Positions 24,634 through 46,400 of a DNA stretch of 64,000 nt are shown in pieces (position 1 is the stretch's first letter; every line of letters starts with the position of its first letter). Source of the DNA: Raillietiella orientalis (Eukaryota); contig JAYWIR010000045.1 of assembly GCA_036172245.1 (NCBI GenBank), positions 806,001-870,000 on the forward strand. The letters are read 5' to 3'. Under the pieces are notes generated by a model. That model did no database searches. It was not told where the DNA came from and saw nothing but the letters and a program-made list of their open reading frames with translations. The translations under genes and the position numbers were made by a program.

Positions 24634-27582
24634 AAAAAGGGTCCCGCCCCCTTTCCTCTCTTCCTGTGCTTCCCCGCCCCTTCCCGGATCTCACGCATCC
24701 GTCTTTCCCCCGCGAGCATGCGAAGGGGTGGGGAGTTCCCTCTCGTAGGGAAAGAGGACGCAGCGACCTCGTTTCGCCCTCCGTCCCCGAGCAGAGGGGA
24801 AGAAGAAAATCCTGGATTCTCCAAGGGTGGGGAGCGAGGAGGGGGGGAGGGAGGAAGGGAGGGGAGGAGAGGGGGAACCGCCGACCTCGGTCTCCGGAAC
24901 CGTGCGGGCTGCCGCCTTTCCTCTCCCTGAATGAAGCCGTTCCCCATCCGTCGACGACAACGAAGACGACGCCCTTCCCGGAATTCCCCTCTTTCGAGTG
25001 GCAGCGGAGGAGGAAGAAAGGAAGGGAGGGAGCGACCCCTCCCTTTCGGGAACGCTCCCTCGGCGGGAGAGAGGGACGGGATGGCCGCCTCCTTCTCGCC
25101 GCGGAGGGAGGCACCGAGGGACTCCTCCTCTTCCCTTGTTCCTTTCCCGACCCCTCGGGGGGCAGCGCTCCCAGCGGACCCACCGCGGGGGCACGGGCAT
25201 CCCTAAAAGAAGGGTCATTGGGGAAAGTGGTTGGACGCTCCCCAATCCACCGTCTCTTCCCTTCTCGGCTCGTCTGCCCAGCAGACCAAGCTGGAACAGG
25301 GCTCGTGGGGGAAAGATCAGGAGCGAAAGGGAGTAGGCCCTTTCCACCACCTCCTTCCCCCCGACGAATGGAATGGGAGAGGGGGACCTCGCTCAAATGT
25401 CCCCCCTATTCCGGGAGGTCCCTTGGCCACACTCGAGGCGCCCGTGCGTTTCCCTGATCCCGGTGCCACCTCTCGACTCGGCGCGCCCAGTGGGCAGGGG
25501 CTTCAAGAGTCGCTGGGACCGAGGACGCCTGTCAGGAGGGCGTAACAGGAAACACTCTTCCTCCCCCTGTGGATGGAGGCTGTTCGTCCGTCCGCGAGCT
25601 TTCTATGGCCCCTCCCCCAGCTCCCCCATAGCAAAAAGTCTGCTCCCCCCCACGCGCAAGCTGAGGAGAAGGAATCTTCGGGAACAGAGAGGGAGAGAGG
25701 GAGGAAGGGAGGTCTCTGCAGGGAAATTCCCGGGAGGACGGCTTGCCTCATTTCCTCACGGCAGTCCACGAGAAAGTTGGGAAAGGAGCTCGAGCTCGTG
25801 GGAGGGCGGGAAAGGGCCCGGATTTTTCGCTACGGCCGAGAGCCGGGCTGCGGGCTGCCAGTCGTTCCCCGACCTCCCACTGCATCGCGCGCCCGCGAAG
25901 GTCGGGGGGAGGAGGTCGCGCGGGGTCTCTGAAAGAGACCTCTGAAAGAGAGGGGGGGACGGCCCGTGAGCTGAAGGAGCGGGCCACTTCCAGGAAGTTC
26001 CGCCGGCCCGAGATCGTCTGCCCCCACTCCTGCGTCGAGGGTAGGCAACCCCGCCGCTCCTGCAAGAGCTCGGCTTCGGGCGCGCATGAGCCGCCGGTCA
26101 CGGGAAGCGGAAGGGGGGCCGAGGGAGGACTCCCAGGCCCGCTGGGGAAAGCAAGGGAGGAGGGTGGGGCGTGAAGGTGACGCTCTCTGCTCGGGACTCG
26201 GTGCGACGGGAGAGGGAGGGGAGAGGCCGACTGCGGGGCAGCGCCGCTGCTCCATGGATGAGGAGAGGAACGTGGCGACCCGTCCCTTCTCAAGCGATCC
26301 TTGAACCCTTCAGGGGCCAGCCCCGATCCGCTCTTCTTCTGTCTCTCCGATGGCTCTTCCGTATCCGGGAAAACACAGGGGGCGGGGGGGATCCCCTAGA
26401 TCCAGGGGTCGGCCGCGCGTTTTCGGAGCGCCCTCTCTGCAAGTGACTCCCACCATCCTCCTCTCGAGGAGCAGCTCCTCTCATCTCCACAGTCCACCCC
26501 CACCCTGTACTGACCCCCCTGAGGGATCGTCGTCGTCGCAATCAACCCAGCCAGGAGGCGACTAGGGAAAGCCTGGCCCTTTCACCGCCGCCGGGAGCAG
26601 TCCCTCAGGCCTGGACGGGATCCGCGTTCAGACGCGCCGGGAGAGCCCCTGGGAGGTTCCCTTTCCTCGAGAGATCGCGGGCGCGAGAGGCGGGGAAGGG
26701 ACTCTTCTGTAACGCGAGCACTTAGTTCTCCTGGTAGCGGCTATGAGCAGAGGCCTCTCGTGGGCGGGAACAGGACGAGGGGCCGGAATGAACCGGCGAG
26801 TCCGAGAGGCCTCCCAGTTCAGCATCCCCACCCCATCCCGGGCTCCGTGGGGAGAAGCCTCTCCAGGAGGTGCCCTGCGGGGGCGGCGACGTGAGGTCCA
26901 GGGCTTCCTCTTTGCCGCCAGGCCGTCTGCGGTGAGGAGTTCCAGGAGAACTGGGGAGGTCCGCGGACGTGTACCTCCCCATTCTACTCTCCTCCTTCCG
27001 GGAGTCCCGTGGTCCCGCCGGCAACCCGTCCGACGAGGAGGCGCGCTGCCGGGACCTCTTTCTCTTCGCCTCCCCCATTTCTCCTTGTGAAACCGGAAGG
27101 GGGAGGGCGACAGCGACGGGAATCCCTTCCTCTAATCCCGCCGCCAACCGGGTCTTAGCCAGCAGCACCAGCCCTCCCATCCACTCCTCCCCTCCTTCCC
27201 GGAAGGACGAGTGCTCCGTTTTCGCCACCGCTTCCGGAAGGCGCCTGGCGGTGCCGGGAGGGACGGGAACCTCCTGTCGGCTTCCTCTTTGCTGCAAGAA
27301 AGCGGAACGGGGGGCATTACGGAGGGAAGGGGAGACGCGCGCCGTCCTGCGCACGGCGCGCATCCTCCAAAGAGGGAGGGCGGACCTCTCCTGGAACGCG
27401 AAGCTTCCTGGGGGCGCCTCTCGGTTTTTTTTTTTTTTCCTCCTCCCAGTCCTACTCTCGTCCCTTCTCGTTCCAGGATGGAGCCGCTTGATCCACGCCG
27501 CTCCCGCATAGTCCTTGCTGCCAAACTCTGAGGATTCCCAGGTCCAAAGGAACTCGGCAACCTGGACGTGTACCCGGGATCC

Positions 27583-38768
<11,186 letters not shown>

Positions 38769-38802
38769 TTAATGTGCCAATTTGACTTTGCATATCAAAA
38801 TC

Positions 38803-38808
38803 AATAAA
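38803..38808 (+). terminator. Putative Pax6 polyadenylation signal AATAAA
   Basis: Canonical AATAAA 34 nt after the Pax6 stop, in the 66-nt gap before the convergent TM7SF3 stop. Confidence 0.55.
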
Positions 38809-38834
38809 TTCAATCTGACTATATGGATGTCGGA

Positions 38835-40823
38835 TTAGCTGTACACTGGATAAGTGTCGGAAATAAAACTTCTCTGTCCCAACAATGGTGCATGCTCTTC
38901 ATCCCCTTCATGGTTTGCCAACTTGGTGTTCTGAAGGTTGAAAGGAAGAGAGTGCTTCTGTTTCCAAAACAAGAAAAATAATTTTGCTACGAATAACAGG
39001 ATCGCAAAGAGTCCTAAAATGGCATCCGAAATTTGGTAGGGAATAAGCATGTGTACATAACGGAAATGGGGCACAGTAGCACGACGTAGAATATTTAGTG
39101 CTGAATAAACCAGGGTGCCACCGACGAAAAGATCACAGGCCACAAAAAACAAATACGTTCCCAGTATACTGCAAATTACATTCGAATGTACACCGACCTG
39201 TATCAACGAAAAAGCAATGAAATGAGCAAATGTCTCTAGAAACTTACATTCTTGCCACAAGAAAGGATATTCAAGGGAAAACACAGTATAAGGATACCAA
39301 TGTCTATCCAAAATATAATATCATCATGGAATGTACTCAGCTGACCTAGAATTTTTAAGTTGCAAAGAAATTTCTTTTTCATACTCACCGACAGGGGTGT
39401 AAAACAAAAGAGCACCAGTCATGAAACCTAACAACAAAGCAGATTCAGCCAATGCCAATTTTGGGTTCTTTATACATAATGAAGTCCCCAACCATATTAC
39501 ACCACCTATGAATCCAGCTGCTATTATGATGCTAACTGTGCCTATAAACAGCATAGAAAGGAATCCTAATGAGGTCATATTCTTACTGGTGTAATCTATT
39601 TCTGGCCATAATTGCAGTACAGTTACATAGCATACAATGCCCACTGTCAAAAATCCATAAATTAATTGCGATACTTGAGTGTACTGATGTCCACAGCTAT
39701 ACAAAAACGCACCCACAAACATGCAGATTGTACATACCAACCAACCAAAGTGAGAAACTAAAATGGAAATCAATCCACACAGATTCAAGAACACTGAAAA
39801 ATTTTACCTATGGGTTGACATTTCCTACTCCTAAGAGAAGTAAAATCACAAGAATATGTTATGCCTGGAACATACGACACAGCGCTGTTTTGTTTACCTT
39901 TTTGGCTGACTACCACAGCAACTGTCACACCAATACCAGGGTATGCTGGGATCATGGCATGCATGAATGTGTCATGCTGTATTTCTGCCACCTGTTTTTC
40001 AATGACAGTTAGTAACAAACACATGCATTTACCTTAAATGCATTTCTGTACACTTCACTAGCCATTGTCATACTACCAATCAGATTAAGCACACTGACTT
40101 CACTATAATCCCAACTATGCAAATAAGAATAATACAATTCATATATTAACTCATATGATTCGTTCCTTTTATCTTTTGAGGGTATGCAACTAGTTTGAAA
40201 TTGTACATCAATGAAAGCAACATTATAGCTTATATTCAAGGCTGGAGATGATGTAACAGGAAATTTCGGATCACAACTACCAGGAATGGGATCTTGTAAA
40301 CAACAATTACACGCATAACTAATTCCTGCATGGTTACCTTCCCTTGTATATCCTACAACAGTAAGTAAAGCAGTTACATTTACATCATTTATGTTGCGGA
40401 TAGCAATGCTGGCAGTTGTTTGCCCTATTCCTAATTCTTCCAATATACTAATTTGTTCTCCATTTACGACTGTTGATGTGGAGTTCGATTTCAGTTGCAA
40501 AACGTGTAATGAATGTACTTGGAAAATTAAAAAATCCAAAGGTTCTGGTATATTGGTGTAGAATTTATGGTATTCCTGTTGTGGACTTAGTATTATAATA
40601 TCATAGCTCTTAAATCCTACTGTGTTAGAATCAGCATCAGAAGCTAAAAAATTTAAGATGAGGCAAAGCATATAGGAAGATATCCAGTGTTTTTGCTTTA
40701 ATAAGGCAATATTATTAGCACTGATGTTAAAAAGGCAGTAATTGTTTTAAATATATTATACTTACATGACACAAAAACTTGCAGGCACATATAAATAAAC
40801 GTGAAAACTACAAGCTTAGCCAT
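38835..40823 (-). CDS. TM7SF3: Transmembrane 7 superfamily member 3 (TM7SF3-like), 530 aa
   Basis: complement(join(38835..39197,39248..39345,39389..39541,39587..39757,39808..39991,40033..40292,40338..40643,40766..40823)) = 1593 nt. Signal peptide MAKLVVFTFIYMCLQVFVS; motifs recalled from TM7SF3 (DPIPGSC, YELYYSYL, SYVPGITYSC, LLFYTPVGQLSTFHDD..FW, LNILRRA, C-terminal EEHAPLL dileucine); multiple hydrophobic helices; GT-AG introns of 41-122 nt, one with a TACTAAC branch point. Confidence 0.92.
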
Positions 40824-40829
40824 TTGCAA

Positions 40830-41400
40830 ATTTCTCGTTAATCACTATGCAAAAACCAAATTATTAAGAAAATTTTGTTCTCGCTCGTACTTTCCTTGTC
40901 TCAAATGAAACTCACGAACCCATCAAACGTAAATAGTTCTGGCATTCGAAACGTTATTTACTAACTCTTGGCATATTGATCAAAGTATACATTTACATGT
41001 TGTCGTATCAAAATGAATGATTACACAAGTCTAACAGCAAGTCTTGTGACTGCACCACACAGACACAAGCACACTCCCAAACATCAATTCGATGCCCTAC
41101 TTCCCATCGACGCGACTTGCACCCTTCAAGCACCGTTCGATCTCATTTCCTGGAGTAACTCCACGCGATAACAACTAGTAAACAATAATAGTGTCGTCAT
41201 TCATCTTTCCGTGATAATAGCAGGATTCATGCCGTTTTTGCAATGCCATCTGACCCTCAGAAAATCGAAAAATACTTGGAAGGATGAGCCCGACATCTCC
41301 GAGCCATCCACGAGCAGTGCAGACGTAGACATCGGTCAGTTCGTGACGTAATGTTTTGGATTACTGTGATAGTTTTGAAACGATATTCAGCCACCGGAAA
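40830..41400. promoter_or_regulatory. Probable divergent promoter region for TM7SF3 (-) and ANKS1 (+)
   Basis: Immediately upstream of the TM7SF3 ATG (40823), between head-to-head genes. Locally dense in CpG (e.g. ctcgctcgtac, atcgacgcgac, accgttcgat, cacgcgat), whereas both flanking gene bodies are CpG-poor. Confidence 0.5.
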
Positions 41401-43339
41401 AATTGCTTAAAATTGTGATTGAGAAAACGGATTTTTGCTATCAAACTCTCACTTAGTATAATGGGTACTTGTTTCGTGTACAACTGTGATTCTGTATGAT
41501 AATTATACGTGTTATAGATTACACGGGACTTCTGTCCAAGTGTTCTCTGCGGAAATAACTCTGAAGCCGTAATACCACGAAGCACTGTATGTTTTAATGC
41601 GGGCTCCTCGATTACAATTTAAGAATTCCATTCAAATAAAGTGAACTTTCTTTGAAAAGGATGATCTTATTCTTCTGATTTCATTGGAAATTCACCAACA
41701 TACGCATTGAAACGTGCGTGCAAATGTTAAAAGTTATTTTTGAAAGTTCTCAGTTCTACAAAATGAGGAACAGCAAAATCATGAGCTGCATGTTTTACAA
41801 ATTGTATTTTCATAAGTACTTCGGGAGACGAAATCAAGCAACGGATTCATACTATCGCAAACTAGAACTGGTTCACGACAGTGGAAGTTGTTCGCATCAG
41901 CACTTTCTTTTGTTTGTTTCCGTTGTCATTTGTTCAGTGTCTCCTCTGAGAGTATCCTGTCGAGAGCAAACTAAGACAACCGTTCCAGTGTTTATAACAC
42001 AGCTGTTGTAAAGTGTTCATTTACGAGAACTCATAATGAAGGTAACAAAGGAAGACTCGAAAATAAGTTATAACGACTGAAGAGAATATCTAAAACATCT
42101 GTGAAAATGGACCAACACGTGCAAAGATTCAGCATGTTTTAGCTGGAAACAGTTAAAACATTCTGAAAAACGAAAATCTGTTTCATGATCTGAAGCTATA
42201 GGCCATTTTTAAGTTAAATATCCATATAAATGCTTGATTCTCCGGTCAAGTGGTGTAAATCCATTTGGCGTGACCACTAGAATACATCTGACCAGCGTTC
42301 AGACAACTTTCTGTTCATTTTTTCATGTATCCGAAAGCTGGAAAAATCTTTCATTTTTATCTTTTTTATGTATTTTCATACTCAGTTTTTAAATTACTAG
42401 TTAGTTGCCTATTATGAATAATTCCACCTTTTCATTAATTAAGAAATCAGCAAATTCTCTTGGCCATTTAGCCTTTCATTTAGTCATATGCAACTTGGAT
42501 GTAATTCTCTCTTTCTTGAAAGAGCAAATAATTGTTAAATGTTGCATCAGAATAAAGTAGAGTGAAAACAAAATGAATTATTTTTAATTTCACCAGTGTT
42601 GAAATCAATTTTTGGCTGTTATTTTTTTTTTTTTTCCTCGTTTGCTATTTCCGCCATTCTCCTTCTATTGGTGTTTTCTAAAGCTTTCATTACCCATATT
42701 AGCTTCAAATTTCATCTGCTTACTTTCATACCAATCACTCTTATTTCATATTAATTCAGAAGCGTACTAGAATCTTTTTCTATGGAGTATTTAACCCAAG
42801 TTCTTTTGCTATTCTGTTCTTTAGGTCGACTTCTGTTAATTTAAACTTTACCTCGCGGGATAATTAGACGAAACTAAATATCTCGGATTGCATCTTGAAA
42901 GTAGAAATTAAAAATGCTTCACAGTCTCTAAAGTTAAATTATGTTTTCCTTCAATAATTTCTCTAGACAGTAAAGCATTATTTCAGATATTGTTCTTCAG
43001 CACGGAATGGATACTAGGGTATTATTTCTAGTTTTTCACGATAATCTTATTCATCATGCGATCAACCGATTATGTTAATTTCTTTTTTTTTTTATCATGA
43101 ATTAGGATTGCTCATCCAACTAGCCATCAGCTGTTTTCATGATTATTTAAAATGCAATTCGAATTCACGCGAAGTTCCCACATAATGGTACTCCTTGCAT
43201 TTGTATCAGAGGTGAATTTCTAGGTAGTTCGGAAATTTTGTAAATACTACTGAATGATTGCAGTAAAAATGCATTAGTAGAAAAGAACATTGACGAAAAT
43301 TTTAGATGGAATGCATTACGTAAGTGATGTATTTTTAAT

Positions 43340-43446
43340 ATGGGAAAAGACAGTTCACTTCTGGAAGCAGCCAGAATAGGAAATGTGGAAACTATTGAAA
43401 AAATATTGGGATCAAAATTTAAAAGAAGAAATAATCCACTGACAAG
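43340..43446 (+). CDS. ANKS1: ANKS1 first coding exon
   Basis: [37 protein letters not shown]|gtaaag; in-frame TGA upstream at 43325. Confidence 0.88.
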
Positions 43447-46400
43447 GTAAAGAAAAAAATTTGGAATTTTGTGTATGTGTAATTGTACAGCGAATTCATT
43501 TATGAATAATTTTGTTCATCCATTATGACCATTCATCATATGCTTGAAAGCTTTAATTAGTTTTTTGTAAACATGCAAATAGTCCTTCAACTTTGGAAGA
43601 GTATGCTTCATGGATTTGCATATTTTTATGAAAAATTTAAACCAATACATTATTTGTGCAATTTGCAATATTTGTGCTACTTATGAATTGAATTCCAATA
43701 TTAAAACTTTATCAACTTAACTGTGGATGTAATCAATTTCAGCTGATTATTCTATTTAGGTATAAGGTTTTTTATTCGTTGGACAATTAAAGGGATTTTT
43801 ATAGCTTCGAAAAACTGTATTTGGGTTTATTAGAATATTAGGGATATGAACTGATAAGAGGAATCCATTTAGACTTGCATATGTATGATTTTGGATCATC
43901 ATATCACAATAGCTTGATTTACCTTGTAATAGTTGAGACGTTATACGAAATTTTGTACCAAGTAGATATCACTAGAATTTTAAATAAGTGAGTGGGATCC
44001 AAGGATATGCGTTATCTTAAATGAGTTTATCAGTTTTCCAGTTTTGCATTATGAAAGAATAAAGTAACAAAAAACAGGATTAGGATCTTGTGAAAAAAAA
44101 AATTCGAGTTTGTATAATAGATTTTGCAGTTGAGGTTACTGCATTTGAAAAGTGCTGTCTCAGTAGTGTTTACAAGTATGTTTCATGAGGTGTTAGTAAC
44201 ACTATTATTAATTATATGCATTGATTTTATTTCTTTGGATAGGCATGTGTGCAAGTTACTGATAAATTATTGGTATTTTTCATGGTAACAATAGCCATAA
44301 TTTTGCTGTAAAGGTGCTTGTAATTATAAATATGGTAACCATAGTACTTGCAGTCCCAGGACTGTATTGATTAAATATGAAACAAGAACTCACATGGAGC
44401 ATTTCTCTTCATAAATAGAGGTTATTCACTGCAATGTTTTTGTGCATTTATGGAATATTTTTTAAATACAGTCTTGATTATTATTTTGAAATCCACTGGC
44501 AATCATTCTTGTGTTCTAGATGTTTTTATTTTTTTCCCACGATGTTCACTTTCTAATTACATGTGAATTCGTCCCCCTGATTGCACGTTTTTAGTGAAAC
44601 ATTTGCAAGGATTTTTTTTTTTACTGCATGCCTTCTTACTATGCAAGGAGTACTGCGTGATGCAAGGATTTCGGTTATTTCATCATGTAAAGGAGTGTTG
44701 GAATCCCACGATGAAAACGATGAGGGATTCGGTGAATTCTGCGTTATAACCAGTGACGATATTTTGAAATTACAAGTGTGTTGTAATTGCTTGATTCAGG
44801 TTTACTTTTTAATTAAAGCATTGGGTTCTTACTTATGTAAATTGGTTGGGAAATTCTGTCGAAATACGCAGGAATTTTCTGAAATCCTTCCTCCAGGGCA
44901 CTTTGCTCTCGAGGAGGGAAGTGCTTTCCAAGCGAGCAAGAACTCTGCTCTTTGCGTTGAATCCGTGTACAGCCTGGTGAAAAGGTAAAATGGAAGATGC
45001 AAATCGTATTTTGCTTGTAGTTTTAATTCGAGGAAATCGTTGTTCTGCGTGAAGGAGGGCTTTGTGATCGGTCTGGGACGATTTCTTTCGAAAGCGCTTA
45101 ATGGAGAGATGAAGCGGACGGCATTCCTTGCCGGTCGTGTCGCAAGGAGGTCGACTCACCCAGCAGATGGTTGGACTTCTCGCCCACTGCCAGGGCAGCT
45201 CTTCAGGACGGTTTACTCGAGTGTGCCGGCATGGAGCTCTTACTCGAGTGCAACCAGTGGTCATTGTGGATGACTTCCTGCTGCGTATCCACCCTTGCGA
45301 ACATCTTCTTGCACACGGCGATTGCGGAAGCACTTTTCCTGCTGTGTGCGGCGGTCTGCAAGCTCCGGTGATGTCGGGAGCTATCGATCTTCAACTCCTT
45401 TGATGTTGCACCCCGGTCTTTTTTTTTTTTTTCTGGGGTACATTTCCGCTCTCCGAAAAAAGTGAAGCAGTTGTCGGAATGTGTTTGCCCTTCGCCTGTA
45501 TTTGGTACTTCCAGTACGTACGTCTTCGAGTGGCTTGTGCCTCAAACTGTGTGAGAATGCGTTTTCGCCGTTGATTTGACCTGCCAGCAAATTACCAACT
45601 GGTCAGATGCGCCTCCGGTGTCGTCTCTCGGAAATGAAAAACATAATTGTGCGAATCCAGTTTTGTGAACCGCTGTTTCTTATGCTGATGTCTGCAAATA
45701 TGTTACCGTTTTTAAAAAAAAAAAAAAAAAAATCTGATAAAAAATCTGATAAAAAATGTAACAGTAACCAGTAGTGGGGGGGAGGAGGGAATTAGCAAAC
45801 AAGGGTATTCCCTTGAAGCCCACAGCCTTGGAACAAATCAGCATCGCGTTCTAAAATGAACTTTTTTTCATCTTTAATGCATCTTGAATTGCTTGCATTT
45901 GCATGTAATTTCCTTATCCTTGTTTTCCATACGTTATGATGCCTGCTCTTGTGTGCTCGTAATAACATTCTAAACGTATTTATTGATTGATTCGTCCATG
46001 CATCAGGTTCGTGTATCTTTTTTTTTTTTTTTTATGCATCAGGTATTTTCACCAATACTTCTTGTACGAAAGTGTTGCATCGAAACTTTGCAGCTGTCAT
46101 CTTTCAGTTGTTTCTAAGTTTGGCATTGCTTCAAAATTTCGAGTTTTTTTTTTGTTTTTTTTTTCCGGTGTAGTTTTGTTTAAACCACTTGTAGAACCCA
46201 TCTCATTTGTCCTGGTAGATTTATAAGAACAATTTTCGGCGTCATATTTGTTTTGCAGTTTCTTCTTATTTTTTTTTTTGCATTTCTTCCCTTCCGTGTC
46301 TATTCTGGACAGTGCATTGGATGGCTTTATTTGACATTTCTTTCATTGTGACATCCCTATACTTTAATCATCTGCCTTCACGCAGCATCCTTGGAATGGG

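Noticed and set aside
126..27500. Hundreds of long overlapping ORFs (e.g. 17900-19300, 466 aa; 16378-17436, 352 aa)
   Set aside because: R/G/P/S-rich, open in several frames and on both strands, with no recognisable domain; expected from stop-codon scarcity in very GC-rich DNA.
44833..45403. GC-richer patch with ORFs and a repeated TTACTCGAGTG inside ANKS1 intron 1
   Set aside because: No recognisable protein or termini; two 11-mers are not enough to call an element.
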